Of a stretch of DNA of 64,000 nt, positions 1 through 10,477 are shown piece after piece; position 1 is the stretch's first letter, and every line of letters starts with the position of its first letter. The notes under the pieces were generated by a model. It was not told where the DNA came from and did no database searches. It saw only the letters and a list, made by a program, of their open reading frames with translations. The position numbers and the translations under genes were made by a program. The stretch comes from Sphaerochaetaceae bacterium. GTDB lineage: Bacteria > Spirochaetota > Spirochaetia > Sphaerochaetales > Sphaerochaetaceae. The DNA lies in NCBI GenBank assembly GCA_963663665.2, contig CAXXKP010000006.1, forward strand, positions 294,978 through 358,977, written 5' to 3'.

Positions 1-628
1 TATATCCAGCTATTTCGAATGGGTTAGATGCCTCAAATGGGGCTCTCATATCATGGTGTAAAACTGTATCTAACACTGACTTGTTAAACTTCTTTGTTAT
101 CGGATCGAATGCGCCATACGTACCCAAACAACTCGGATCACTTTTCGTGATCTCTTTGCCAATGAGACGTCCTGTTATGTATTCAAGAATTCCACAGAAA
201 CCAACAGCTGATTCAGGCACTAGGTTTAGTCGTTCATTTGCATAGTGAGTGAGTAGCCCATACCCTGGAGGAAGAGATATCCCAGTCTCTTTATAGAATA
301 AAGTCTCTATAGTATCCCCATCTACTTTAATTAACGACCTGTTATCGAGCCAAGTCGCAAGAGGAGATATTGCTTTGAAGTCTTTATCATAATAGAGAAT
401 CCCATGAACTTGACCGGTCACCGTTATTGATTCAATAGGTTCTTTAATAGAGGACAATATTGCCAATACATGGTTTTCAATAGTCTCAACGTCCTCCTCA
501 TACGCTCCACGGGTTTGACTTATTACCCTTTTTTGTAGGTATGAAGGGGTATCTATCACCTTACATTTTTGTATGTCTACAACAGAAGCGCTTATATGTG
601 TTGTTCCAATATCTAATCCGACATGCAT
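1..628 (-). CDS. FGGY/sedoheptulokinase-like sugar kinase, N-terminal part (gene runs off left edge)
   Basis: Own minus-strand translation from ATG 628: MHVGLDIGTTHISASVVD...ITVTGQVHGILYYD..., open to position 1. SD GGAGAGGA lies 6 nt upstream. Actin-fold kinase N-terminal DIGTT motif. Confidence 0.6.
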   Translation of the reverse strand, partial: MHVGLDIGTTHISASVVDIQKCKVIDTPSYLQKRVISQTRGAYEEDVETIENHVLAILSSIKEPIESITVTGQVHGILYYDKDFKAISPLATWLDNRSLIKVDGDTIETLFYKETGISLPPGYGLLTHYANERLNLVPESAVGFCGILEYITGRLIGKEITKSDPSCLGTYGAFDPITKKFNKSVLDTVLHHDMRAPFEASNPFEIAGY

Positions 629-722
629 AAGATTTCCTCTCCTCGAGCGTATAAAACGCAAAATACATCAATTCCTTTTTATTACATTACTAATATACTT
701 TAACATACTTTAGCAAGAGAAA

Positions 723-1928
723 TCATACCTTAGGGGACTTTTTTATGACGAAAGGAATCACGTAAAAAAGAGCATACAAAGCAAAAATAGTACAGAGTAC
801 AGATAAAGTTATAAATGCGATAGGAATCGAGAAATGAGAGGAGATAATCCCTACCGTAGGAAATACTACAATCATGATAATTGAAAAAAGCATGCTCTGC
901 ATTGAAAGAATTGTCGCTCGTTGATCTGATAGGAGAAGTTCATTTAAATAAGTTCCAATCGATGCTATTAATAACCCTTCACTCGGACCAAGAAGTATGT
1001 AAAAAAGAGGTGAATATGGAGTTGTGGAGATTAGCCAGATAAGAGCAGTGGGAAATACAATAACACTAATCAAAGTCCATCTTTTTCCAATTTTCTTAAC
1101 GATTTTTGAGGCAATAAAAGCTGTACTACCTGCAACAACAGCATTTATAGCAAAAATAGTTGTGATATAGGACTCAGGGTGTCCTTGTCCACTCCAAAAG
1201 GACTGGAGGTAAAAAAACAATGTTGTGATAAAAGTGAATATAATTTCACTTATCAACATCAAAAAGAATATACTTTTCTCATTCTTAATCGATATAAAAC
1301 TTGATTTTATATGATCTACATACCCCTGCATAAGATGAGAAAAAGATTCAGCATTCATCGTTTTCTTTCCAACAGTTGTTTCTTTTAAACCGAAAGCACT
1401 AAGCATCGCAAGGAAAGAGAAAAGGATTGAAAGAATAAACACAAACGAATATGAATGTTGAGCGAGGAAGCCTGTCAATAAAAGTGCGATAATTGTCGCA
1501 CCTTGGTATGTAAGCTCTTGTTTGCCAGCCACTGCCATATAAGAGGTAGTATCATCCAATTCTACAAGAGTATCATACACTAAGGCATCACCTGCGCCAG
1601 ACTCTAAATTATTAGAGATTGCAGTAATCATAAATCCAATAGCTTGAAGAAAAAAGGAGCCAGAAAGAAACATGATAAGATAGGAAATGATTGAGATTGC
1701 ACGCCCTATGATGCGACTCATTTTTCTTCCCCAAAGATCTGCTATTGCGCCGGTTGGAATTTCCATCATAAAAGATGTCACATGATAGATCCCTTCAAGA
1801 ATTCCCAACTCAATAATAGTAAACCCTTTTAAAGCGAGATAGATCATCCACACACCATGAGTTAAATTTAGGGAGGAGAGTGCAACAAATAGATAATTTT
1901 TCCTAATATTATTTTTCACATCATTCAT
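723..1928 (-). CDS. MFS-type transporter
   Basis: ORF 723..1994 is multi-helix and hydrophobic, about 400 aa. Start placed at ATG 1928 (MNDVKNN) with SD AGGTGGA upstream. ATG 1961 is also possible. Confidence 0.7.
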   Translation of the reverse strand: MNDVKNNIRKNYLFVALSSLNLTHGVWMIYLALKGFTIIELGILEGIYHVTSFMMEIPTGAIADLWGRKMSRIIGRAISIISYLIMFLSGSFFLQAIGFMITAISNNLESGAGDALVYDTLVELDDTTSYMAVAGKQELTYQGATIIALLLTGFLAQHSYSFVFILSILFSFLAMLSAFGLKETTVGKKTMNAESFSHLMQGYVDHIKSSFISIKNEKSIFFLMLISEIIFTFITTLFFYLQSFWSGQGHPESYITTIFAINAVVAGSTAFIASKIVKKIGKRWTLISVIVFPTALIWLISTTPYSPLFYILLGPSEGLLIASIGTYLNELLLSDQRATILSMQSMLFSIIMIVVFPTVGIISSHFSIPIAFITLSVLCTIFALYALFYVIPFVIKKSPKV

Positions 1929-1994
1929 AGAGAGCTTCCACCTTGCCCTTTTCCTCTTCATCAGTATACTAGTATCTAATTGGAGATAAAACAT

Positions 1995-2501
1995 ATGATA
2001 ACGCCATTTAAAGATAAGAGCCCAGATGTTGAAAAAGCTCTTTATATCGATCCGACTTCTGTTATTATCGGGGATGTTACTCTTTTTGACAACACCTCTA
2101 TTTGGCCATTAGTTACAATCCGTGGAGATATGGCATCAATTACTATCTCTCAAAACACAAATATTCAAGATAACACTGTTATTCATGTAAATACTAACAT
2201 GCCGACATGTATTGGAAGTGATGTAACAATCGGGCATGGAGCTATCATTCATGCTTGTACGATAAAGGATCATGTACTCATTGGAATGGGAGCCATCATC
2301 TTAGATGAAGCAATAATTGGGGAATATTCCCTGGTCGCAGCAGGCTCCCTCGTCCCACCAAGAAAAATTTTCCCACCAAAATCGTTGATCATGGGAAACC
2401 CCGCTAAAGTAGTAAGAGAACTACGAGAACAAGAAATTATTGATATTCAACATAACTGTGACCACTATATTGCTCTAGCTACTATCTATAAAAATCAATG
2501 A
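1995..2501 (+). CDS. gamma-carbonic-anhydrase-like / left-handed beta-helix (hexapeptide repeat) protein
   Basis: YrdA/PaaY-like pattern (IDPTSVIIGDVTL..SIWP..VIRGD..I.IG..TNIQDN.VIH..IG..VTIGHGAI.H). ATG 1995 is preceded by TGGAGA. Confidence 0.8.
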   Translation: MITPFKDKSPDVEKALYIDPTSVIIGDVTLFDNTSIWPLVTIRGDMASITISQNTNIQDNTVIHVNTNMPTCIGSDVTIGHGAIIHACTIKDHVLIGMGAIILDEAIIGEYSLVAAGSLVPPRKIFPPKSLIMGNPAKVVRELREQEIIDIQHNCDHYIALATIYKNQ

Positions 2502-2528
2502 CGTATTCTTAATACATACACACAAAAA

Positions 2529-2554
2529 GAAGAGCTACCACAGCTCTTTTTTTT
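2529..2554 (+). terminator. rho-independent terminator after the gamma-CA-like gene
   Basis: Stem AGAGCT (2531-2536) / AGCTCT (2542-2547), loop ACCAC, followed by a T8 run. Confidence 0.6.
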
Positions 2555-2592
2555 ATTAATTAGAAATATTTTATAGCCAAAAATTCGCTCTA

Positions 2593-2610
2593 TTAACCAA
2601 TTTTGGTTAA
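2593..2610. promoter_or_regulatory. perfect inverted repeat TTAACCAA-TT-TTGGTTAA, candidate operator
   Basis: 8+8 bp perfect palindrome read directly, about 180 bp upstream of the LacI gene. An overlapping CG-centred imperfect palindrome GGTTAATCGTTTATCC lies at 2603-2618. Confidence 0.35.
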
Positions 2611-2730
2611 TCGTTTATCCTTTTTTAACTACTTATTTAACTATCTTATTTCCTATTTTTCAAAGAATTTATACTTATTTACTATTTTATTAGTTATTCG
2701 TTTAAGTTAAAATTTAACTAATAATTTTTC

Positions 2731-2760
2731 TTGACTTATCTAGTTCCGGGCTCCTAGTAT
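2731..2760 (+). promoter_or_regulatory. putative sigma70-type promoter of the LacI/polyol locus
   Basis: TTGACT (2731-2736), 18-nt spacer, TAGTAT (2755-2760), 30 nt before ATG 2790. Confidence 0.4.
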
Positions 2761-2789
2761 GCTTATATGAGAGGGGAATACAAAGATAC

Positions 2790-3815
2790 ATGAAATCTTC
2801 AATAAAAGAAGTAGCACATCTAGCAGGAGTCTCAATCGCAACTGTTTCATACGTACTCAATGGGACAAAAAAATTGCGCCCTGAAACAGAACAAAAAGTC
2901 TTAGATGCAGTAAGAAAACTCAACTATCATGTTAATCCTCTCGCTCGCAACCTTAGGAAAGGTGAGAGCAAGTTAGTTGGGTTTGTTGTAAGTGATTTCT
3001 CTAACTACTTCTTTCAGGATATAGCCCTTGGTTTAGAGAACCAGCTTGCTAAAGACGGATATAGATTAATTCTTATGGATAGCAAAGAGCAGAAAGAAGT
3101 TGAGATGGAAAATGTGAAAAATCTCATAGCAGGAGCTGTTGATGCCCTTGTTATTGCTCCAACTACAGAAGATTGCTCATATTTAAGATTTATGCTTTCA
3201 AACAACCCAATTCCCGTCGCCTTTGTTGATCGAAGACCTGTAGGTTTTGAAAGTGATGTTGTTCTCGCGACAAATGAACAAGGTACATATGATGCTGTAA
3301 AAGTACTCACAGACAAAGGGCATAAGAATATCGCATTTCTTGGCTCAAGAATGGACTCTACTATGGAAGAGAGATTACATGGTTATAAAAAAGCACTTGA
3401 AGATGCTGATATCAGCATTAATGCGAATTATATCCGTTTTGGTAATCATGAAAGTGTATCACAACGATCGTTGCGTCATGGTGTTATGTATCATCATGCC
3501 TTCGACTTAATTTCGAATCACAATATAACCGCTATATTTTCAGCCAACAACCTAGCTACGGTGGGGGTATTTAGCTGTATTAAAGAGACTAATCTTAAAG
3601 TACCTCAAGATATTGCATTTATTACTTTCGACGATTCTTTCTGGTTAACAATGACAACCCCTGCAATAGCGGCTATCGCTCAAAACCCAGAAGAGATGGG
3701 GAGAGTCGCTGGCAGGCTCATTCTAGAGAGACTTGGTGATACACAAGAGAATAGTGAATATTCTTTTCAAGAGATTAGGATTTCTACCCAATTTATCTTA
3801 CGGGGTTCTATTTAA
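2790..3815 (+). CDS. LacI-family transcriptional regulator
   Basis: N-terminal HTH IKEVAHLAGVSIATVSYVLNG plus a periplasmic-binding-like effector domain. 341 aa. Confidence 0.9.
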   Translation: MKSSIKEVAHLAGVSIATVSYVLNGTKKLRPETEQKVLDAVRKLNYHVNPLARNLRKGESKLVGFVVSDFSNYFFQDIALGLENQLAKDGYRLILMDSKEQKEVEMENVKNLIAGAVDALVIAPTTEDCSYLRFMLSNNPIPVAFVDRRPVGFESDVVLATNEQGTYDAVKVLTDKGHKNIAFLGSRMDSTMEERLHGYKKALEDADISINANYIRFGNHESVSQRSLRHGVMYHHAFDLISNHNITAIFSANNLATVGVFSCIKETNLKVPQDIAFITFDDSFWLTMTTPAIAAIAQNPEEMGRVAGRLILERLGDTQENSEYSFQEIRISTQFILRGSI

Positions 3816-3867
3816 GTATGTATTAAATTCGGCCATTACAGCCGAACAAAAATAAGGAGGGAACTAT

Positions 3868-5226
3868 ATGAAAAAAGCATTAGTTCTATTGGTGATTATC
3901 TCGTTATTTGTAGGTGCAACGAATGTGTTCGCTACAGGAGCTCAAGAACAAGGAGGCCCTGTAACAATCAATATTGCACTCGCTAACAACCCTATTTCTC
4001 AAGCGATGAGTAAATTGGTACAAGAGAAGTACAAAGCTGACAATGTAGTGGTTAATATTTCAGTACTACCAGAGAATGACTTACGTCAAAGACTCACCAC
4101 TGAAGCATCAACTGGTGGAACAACGTATGATATTTTCTACATTGGTCCTTACGAAGCACAAACATGGGCAAAGAATGGATGGTTAGAGAACCTCGAACCA
4201 TACTTCAAAAACCTAAGTGCTGACAAAGCAGCTTGGTATGACAGAAAAGACTTGATTCAAGGGATGGTCGACTCTCTTGCTGTGAAAGGAACCAGCTATG
4301 CTCTTCCATTCTATGGTGAAAGTTCTTTTATTATGTACAACAAAGAATTATTTGCTCAAAAAGGGTTAACAATGCCTGCACAACCAACATGGGATCAAAT
4401 ATATGAACTTGCTAAGAAAGTACATGATCCTGCGAAAGGGATTGTTGGAATGACTATGCGTGGTGCTCCAGGTTGGGGAATGAGTGGCGCTCCATTTGTA
4501 ACGATGGTAAATGCATTTGGTGGTCGTTTCTATGACATGAATTGGAATGCGACAGTAGACACCCCAGAACAGAGAGCTGCATGGGCAATGTACAAAAAGA
4601 TCTTACGTGAAGCTGGACAAGCAGACATTCTTTCATATACCTATAATGAATGTATTGCTCTCATGTCTAGTGGCAATTGTGGTATCTATTATGATGCAAC
4701 AAGTATTGCTCCTCCACTTGAAGCGGCAGATTCTAAAGTTCAAGGTAAGGTTGGATATGTAATGGCTCCTACCCAAAAACTTAAGGCTAATACAGCATGG
4801 TTATGGAACTGGGCAATGGGAATCAACCCAAAATCTTCAGATGCTAAAAAACAAGCTGCATTTGATTTCATGCTCTGGGCAACAAGCAAAGAGTATATCA
4901 AAATGACTGTTGACCTTGACCCAACCGGTGCTTCAACTCCACCAGCCTCAAGATCAAGTACATATGAACTTCCTGTCTATGCAAAAGCACCATATGCAAG
5001 CATGACACTTAAAACCTTAGAAGGCATGGATTTCACAAAACCAACCTTAGAACCAGTTCCATATGTTGGTCTTCAATACATTGCTATTCCTGAATTTGCT
5101 GATGCTGGAACTAAGATGACTGAATATCTTGCTGACTATGTAGTAGACAAGATTACTCTTGACGAAGCAATCAAGAAGACTCAAGCTGTATTTGAACAAG
5201 TTGCTATTGATGGAAATTATCGCTAA
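3868..5226 (+). CDS. ABC transporter extracellular solute-binding protein (CUT1, family 1)
   Basis: Signal peptide MKKALVLLVIISLFVGATNVFATGAQE without Cys, 452 aa, SD AAGGAGGG. Followed by two CUT1 permeases. Confidence 0.9.
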   Translation: MKKALVLLVIISLFVGATNVFATGAQEQGGPVTINIALANNPISQAMSKLVQEKYKADNVVVNISVLPENDLRQRLTTEASTGGTTYDIFYIGPYEAQTWAKNGWLENLEPYFKNLSADKAAWYDRKDLIQGMVDSLAVKGTSYALPFYGESSFIMYNKELFAQKGLTMPAQPTWDQIYELAKKVHDPAKGIVGMTMRGAPGWGMSGAPFVTMVNAFGGRFYDMNWNATVDTPEQRAAWAMYKKILREAGQADILSYTYNECIALMSSGNCGIYYDATSIAPPLEAADSKVQGKVGYVMAPTQKLKANTAWLWNWAMGINPKSSDAKKQAAFDFMLWATSKEYIKMTVDLDPTGASTPPASRSSTYELPVYAKAPYASMTLKTLEGMDFTKPTLEPVPYVGLQYIAIPEFADAGTKMTEYLADYVVDKITLDEAIKKTQAVFEQVAIDGNYR

Positions 5227-5256
5227 GCGATTATAGTAAATTTTCGATGACAAACA

Positions 5257-5285
5257 ATCTGTCTGACAACTGTCAGGCAGATTTT
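5257..5285 (+). terminator. intra-operon hairpin / partial terminator after the binding-protein gene
   Basis: ATCTGTCTGACA-AC-TGTCAGGCAGAT (12-bp stem with one G-T pair) followed by TTTT. Confidence 0.5.
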
Positions 5286-5331
5286 CGCCTAATAGGATGA
5301 CAAATCATCCTCCGAATTAGAGATACGCTTA

Positions 5332-6249
5332 ATGCAAAGCGTAATTGGAAATACCATGAAAACGATAAGAAAAACAGATTATGCATTCTTACTTCCAGCT
5401 GTTGTGGTAGTCGCTATAATGACACAGGTTCCTTTTGTGCTGACCATCATATTTTCAACTCTTCGCTGGAATTTGTCACGTCCAGATCTGCCAAGGACTT
5501 TTGCTAATATTCAGAATTTTTGGTACTTTTTAAAGATAGAATCTCTTTCTGAAATTCCAGAATTTTATAGTATATTATGGCAGACTATTCTCATTACAGG
5601 GATTACCCTATTGTTGTGTTCTATTCTAGGATTTCTCCTTGCTCTTTTATTAGATCATGAGATACCAGGAGTAAATATTGCAAGAACCTTGATGCTAGGG
5701 CCATTCTTTGTGATGTCCACTGCAAGTGGAGTTATTTGGAAAACTACCATATTCAATACCACCTTTGGTTGGTATGGAGTCATATCAAAAGCACTTGGTT
5801 TCACTCCTATAGACTTAGTCTCTTATCATCCAATCGCTATTATTATAGTCCTATTCACATGGCAATGGATGCCCTTCTTTATCCTAGTATTATTGTCGGG
5901 CTTACAAGGGATACCTCAAGATCTTGTAGATAGTATGAAAATTGATGGTGTGAATTGGATACAAGGGATTTTTAAAATCAAACTACCTTTAATCATGAAC
6001 CATATGAGAGTTGCAGTAATGTTAGGGCTTGTTTTCTTAATTAAAGAGTTCGGCCTTATCCTAGTAACGACTGCGGGAGGCCCAGGGACACGTTCCTACA
6101 CGCTCCCTTATGCAGTATATATGCAAGTATTTAGTGCTAATAACATTGGACGTGCAAGTGCCCTTGCGGTGATGACTGTTGTACTTACATTAATCCTCGT
6201 CAATCTTCTCTATCGCTCAATCGTCAAACGTAGCGAAAAATATAGCTAA
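5332..6249 (+). CDS. ABC sugar permease (MalF/UgpA-like)
   Basis: Six-helix membrane protein with the EAA-type loop region (MKIDGVNWIQ.F.KIKLPL). Alternative start at ATG 5356. Confidence 0.85.
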   Translation: MQSVIGNTMKTIRKTDYAFLLPAVVVVAIMTQVPFVLTIIFSTLRWNLSRPDLPRTFANIQNFWYFLKIESLSEIPEFYSILWQTILITGITLLLCSILGFLLALLLDHEIPGVNIARTLMLGPFFVMSTASGVIWKTTIFNTTFGWYGVISKALGFTPIDLVSYHPIAIIIVLFTWQWMPFFILVLLSGLQGIPQDLVDSMKIDGVNWIQGIFKIKLPLIMNHMRVAVMLGLVFLIKEFGLILVTTAGGPGTRSYTLPYAVYMQVFSANNIGRASALAVMTVVLTLILVNLLYRSIVKRSEKYS

Positions 6250-6260
6250 GGAGGATATAT

Positions 6261-7127
6261 ATGGAACAACGATCAATTATTGAAGTACAAAAACAGATAA
6301 AACGAAGACACTTTATAAGGAAATGGGCTCTTGCCATTATTATATATGCAATTGCTATTTTCTATTTTTTCCCTATCTTGTACATGTTCTTGTCTGGATT
6401 CAAAACAGAACAACAGGCAGTCATGCCAAGTATCTTTTTTAAGCCGACTCTCGATACCTATAGAAAGGTATTAGGGGACCCTACCATGTACCAGTATTTA
6501 AAGAACTCATTACTACAGGTAATTGGGGGAACTGGAGTCAGTTTGCTCCTTGGTGTTCCTGCTGCATTTGCTGTAGTCTTTGGAAGGTTAAAACATCCTG
6601 AATCTAATGGAAAGTTCTATCTATGGTTCATAACTACTATTTTACTCCCCCCTGTTGCTGTATTGATTCCTCTTTTTACTTGGTACCAACAGCTTAATTT
6701 AATTAATACACCATATGGTCTTATGGCAGCATATATCGGTTTCCATACCCCTATCATTGTGTGGATGACTCATTCCTTTTTCTCAGATCTTCCCCTTGAA
6801 ATTTTTGAGGCTGCTGATTTAGATGGATGTACAAAAATGCAACAACTTACAAAGATAGCAATCCCTCTCGCTCGAACAGGTATCATTTCAGCTGCTCTTC
6901 TTGTCGCTGTGTTTATTTGGAACGAATTCTTCTTAGGATTTAACCTCACGGGGAACCCAACAGCAACCCTTCCTGTGTACATGGCTCGATTCAGAGAACA
7001 ACAAGGTCAGTTTGTAGCCCAGCTCTCGGCTTCCTCTACAATTGCAGTTCTCCCTGCCATCATTCTTGGCTGGATGACTCAAAAAGCTTTAGTGAAAGGT
7101 CTCACCAGTGGAGCTGTAAAAGGATGA
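6261..7127 (+). CDS. ABC sugar permease (MalG/UgpE-like)
   Basis: EAADLDGCTKMQQLTKIAIPL motif, SD AAGGAGG, 288 aa. Confidence 0.9.
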   Translation: MEQRSIIEVQKQIKRRHFIRKWALAIIIYAIAIFYFFPILYMFLSGFKTEQQAVMPSIFFKPTLDTYRKVLGDPTMYQYLKNSLLQVIGGTGVSLLLGVPAAFAVVFGRLKHPESNGKFYLWFITTILLPPVAVLIPLFTWYQQLNLINTPYGLMAAYIGFHTPIIVWMTHSFFSDLPLEIFEAADLDGCTKMQQLTKIAIPLARTGIISAALLVAVFIWNEFFLGFNLTGNPTATLPVYMARFREQQGQFVAQLSASSTIAVLPAIILGWMTQKALVKGLTSGAVKG

Positions 7128-8650
7128 GTGAAAACATCCTTGTCTATGACGTAGGTACTACAAGTGTAAAAACAGCTCTTTTCGATATCTTGGGAACTCT
7201 CATCTCTTCAGTGAGCGTTCCCTATTACACTACCTATAATAGACTTGGATGGGCAGAACAAGATCCCTATGCCTTTTGGAATGCTGCAATTCAAGGAACT
7301 CATACTCTTTTAGATTCAATTGATAAAGAAAAATATTCGATTAACGTTATATCTCTCAGTGGTCATATGAATGGAATGCTTGCGATTGATGATAAAGGAG
7401 AGCCTACTTACCCACAAATCATCCATTGTGATACTAGAAGCACAAAAGAAGTTGAATTTATTAAGAACCTTTTTACACAAGAGCAAATCTACGAAAGAAC
7501 TGGAAATCGAATTGATGAATTTCTCACACTCCCAAAACTTCTTTGGCTAAAAAATAATATCTCCGCCTCATATAAAAAGAGTCGATTTGTTATTAATGCA
7601 AAAGATTTTATGAGGAGTCAGCTCACCGGTATTATTGGAGCGACAGATTACTCAGATGCGTCTCTCACTGGTGCGTTAGATATGAAAAATAAGAGATGGG
7701 ATGAAGAGTACTTGGAGGCTATAGGAATCTCGCAATCAATTTTTCCTACTATTCACCCTTCAACAGAGATTGCCGGATTCCTCACCATTGAAAGTGCATC
7801 GCTACTTCATCTACCCTCAGGCATCCCTATCTGTTATGGAGCTGGGGATGCTTCTAGTGCTACACGAGGAGCTCTTATAAAAGACAAAGAAGCAGGGTAC
7901 GCATCAATTGGGTCTTCAGCTTGGATATCCACTTTGCATTCATCGATTCAAAAAGATTCACTGATGAGAATGCAACATTTCTATGATCTTGATGGATTAA
8001 AAATTAATGTATGTGGGACAGTTCAAAGCGCAGGAACCACACTTGAATGGGCAAAAAATAACTTCTTTCCAACGAAGAGCTTCGAAAAAATAGAAAAAGA
8101 GATGGCAAATCTTTCAAACGAAAACCATATTATTTCACTACCCTACTTTATGGGTGAAAGAACTCCCCATTGGGATGCACATGCACGAGGTAATTTCTTC
8201 GGTATACAAGTGTCATCCTCACCCCTTGATTTAACTCGCTCTCTCTATGAAGGAGTTGCCTTTGGATTATTTGAAATAATGGAAGTATATGGTGATTTGA
8301 GTATCCCAATTTCAACGTTCACACTACTTGGAGGTGGCGCAAAGAGCAGGTTCTGGAGTGAAATGATTGCCTCTGTATTTGGGATGCCTATGATTGTACA
8401 CCCACATTACCAGAGTGCGACCTCTTTTGGGGCAGCTCTTGGGGCAATGGTTGCTATAAAGGCGTATCCGTCACTCGAAGATGCTATTAGTAAGATTCCA
8501 TTGTCTCACGAGACAATTGAACCAGATATGAAAAAACATGAAATGTATAGTAAGTATTTTTCACTATATAAAAAAATGTATCAATCCCTTAAACCTCTAT
8601 ATTTAGAGTTATATCACATACAAAAAAGTGTTGAGGAGAATATCTCATGA
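7124..8650 (+). CDS. FGGY-family carbohydrate kinase (xylulokinase-like)
   Basis: ILVYDVGTTSVK N-terminus, GAGDASSA and LLGGGAKS motifs. ATGA overlap with the upstream permease stop. Confidence 0.85.
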   Translation: MSENILVYDVGTTSVKTALFDILGTLISSVSVPYYTTYNRLGWAEQDPYAFWNAAIQGTHTLLDSIDKEKYSINVISLSGHMNGMLAIDDKGEPTYPQIIHCDTRSTKEVEFIKNLFTQEQIYERTGNRIDEFLTLPKLLWLKNNISASYKKSRFVINAKDFMRSQLTGIIGATDYSDASLTGALDMKNKRWDEEYLEAIGISQSIFPTIHPSTEIAGFLTIESASLLHLPSGIPICYGAGDASSATRGALIKDKEAGYASIGSSAWISTLHSSIQKDSLMRMQHFYDLDGLKINVCGTVQSAGTTLEWAKNNFFPTKSFEKIEKEMANLSNENHIISLPYFMGERTPHWDAHARGNFFGIQVSSSPLDLTRSLYEGVAFGLFEIMEVYGDLSIPISTFTLLGGGAKSRFWSEMIASVFGMPMIVHPHYQSATSFGAALGAMVAIKAYPSLEDAISKIPLSHETIEPDMKKHEMYSKYFSLYKKMYQSLKPLYLELYHIQKSVEENIS

Positions 8651-9645
8651 AAATGATGAAAGCATTAGTTATAGAAAAACCGAATCATGCAGTTGTGAAA
8701 GAAGTTCCAATCCCTACAGTCGGGAAAGGAGAAATTAGAATTAAGGTTAAAGCTAGTGGTATTTGTGGTACCGATATCCACATATATCGAGGTGAATATC
8801 TTGGATCCTACCCTATCATTCCCGGTCATGAATTCGCAGGTATCGTTGATGCTGTAGGTGAGGGAGTCACTCGTTTCTCCCTTTCAGATCGTGTAGCAGT
8901 TGAACCGAATATAAGTTGCCACAACTGTGAAGCATGTTTCAATGGACATCCAAACTTTTGTACTCAGTGGCAAGGAATCGGCGTTACTCTTCCTGGCGGA
9001 TTTGCTGAATATGTAGTAGTTCCAGAGACTGCTGCATTCTCAATAGGTTCCTTAGATTTTGCTCAAGGAGCATTTATGGAACCATTATCCTGTGTTCTTC
9101 ATGGTGTTCAAAAAGCTAGGGTTACTTTAGCTGACAAGATTCTTATTATGGGAGCAGGTCCCATCGGGATATTACTACTTAAGACTGTTCTTACACAGGG
9201 AGCTAGTGAAGTTACGCAATTAGATACTAATAAAGGGAGGCTTCAACTTGCAAAAAAAAGTGGTGCAAAGAACATTGAGAGTGATATCAACAATTTTGAT
9301 ATTGAATCATTTGATATGGTTATTGATGCCACAGGAGTTCCTTTCTTGATGGAGAAATCACTTGACCTTGTAAAGAAGGGCGGAACTCTGTTGTGGTTTG
9401 CGGTTCCAAAGAAAGAGTCTACAATTACAATATCCCCATTCAAGATCTTTGAGAAAGGGCTAAACATTCAAAGTAGCTATACATCAGTAAGGAACTCTAT
9501 CCAAGCTGTTCGAATGCTAGAAAATGGAAAAATTAATGTTTCTGATGTAATATCTCATCGCCTCCCCTTAGAGGAGTTTGTCAAAGGGATTGAAACAATA
9601 GAAAAAAGCGAAGAGGGTGTATTGAAGGTGATTATCACTTTTTAA
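8647..9645 (+). CDS. zinc-dependent medium-chain alcohol/polyol dehydrogenase (sorbitol/threonine DH-like)
   Basis: GICGTDIH, GHEFAG and C..C..C zinc motifs, GAGPIG Rossmann. ATGA overlap with the kinase stop. Confidence 0.85.
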   Translation: MKMMKALVIEKPNHAVVKEVPIPTVGKGEIRIKVKASGICGTDIHIYRGEYLGSYPIIPGHEFAGIVDAVGEGVTRFSLSDRVAVEPNISCHNCEACFNGHPNFCTQWQGIGVTLPGGFAEYVVVPETAAFSIGSLDFAQGAFMEPLSCVLHGVQKARVTLADKILIMGAGPIGILLLKTVLTQGASEVTQLDTNKGRLQLAKKSGAKNIESDINNFDIESFDMVIDATGVPFLMEKSLDLVKKGGTLLWFAVPKKESTITISPFKIFEKGLNIQSSYTSVRNSIQAVRMLENGKINVSDVISHRLPLEEFVKGIETIEKSEEGVLKVIITF

Positions 9646-9670
9646 TAACTAATGAGAGGAGATATATTGT

Positions 9671-10459
9671 ATGGATAAAGAAAGATTTGCTGGAAAAGTA
9701 TGTATCGTAACCGGAGGGGCTGGAGAGATTGGTATTTCTTGTGCACTACGGCTAGCTCAAGAAGGAGCTGCTATTGCACTCATCGATCTTAAGAATATGG
9801 ATAGTGCTATTGAGAGAGTAAAAAAAACGGGGGTTCGTTGCCTTGGGTACACATGTAATGTTGCCGTCTATAGTGAGGTTGAGACTACGGTTGCCTCAAT
9901 CAGAAAGGATTTCTCTACTATCGATATGCTTTTTAATAACGCTGGAATACAAGGTGAATTCAGCAAAATTCATACTTATCCAGTAGAGGATTTTCATAAA
10001 GTCATAGAAATTAATCTCATAGGGGCTTTCCATGTACTTAGAGCAGTATCAAGAGTAATGGTAGAACAAAAATCTGGAGTAATTGTGAATACTGCCTCTA
10101 TGGCTGGAGTAGGAGGTCCTGTGAATATGGCCGCCTATGGAGCGTCCAAGTTTGCTCTTGTTGGTCTCACACAAACTGCAGCTAAAGATTTAGCTCCATA
10201 TAATATCAGGGTCAATGCGATAAGTCCGGGGTATATGGGACCAGGCTTTATGTGGGATAGACAAGTTGATCTACAAGCTCAAGCCAACTCTCAATATTAT
10301 GATAGTGATAGAAACGTTGTAGCGAAACAGATGGTGAGTGAAGTGCCCTTAAGAAGATATGGTTCGATTGATGAAATACCAGGAACAGTGTCTTTCTTAA
10401 TGAGTGAGGATTCTTCCTTCACGACTGGAGTGAATATAAAGATATCTGGTGGTATCTAA
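9671..10459 (+). CDS. short-chain dehydrogenase/reductase (SDR)
   Basis: TGGAGEIG, NNAG and Y..ASK motifs. 262 aa. Confidence 0.85.
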   Translation: MDKERFAGKVCIVTGGAGEIGISCALRLAQEGAAIALIDLKNMDSAIERVKKTGVRCLGYTCNVAVYSEVETTVASIRKDFSTIDMLFNNAGIQGEFSKIHTYPVEDFHKVIEINLIGAFHVLRAVSRVMVEQKSGVIVNTASMAGVGGPVNMAAYGASKFALVGLTQTAAKDLAPYNIRVNAISPGYMGPGFMWDRQVDLQAQANSQYYDSDRNVVAKQMVSEVPLRRYGSIDEIPGTVSFLMSEDSSFTTGVNIKISGGI

Positions 10460-10477
10460 TAATTAAGGAGATTTGTG

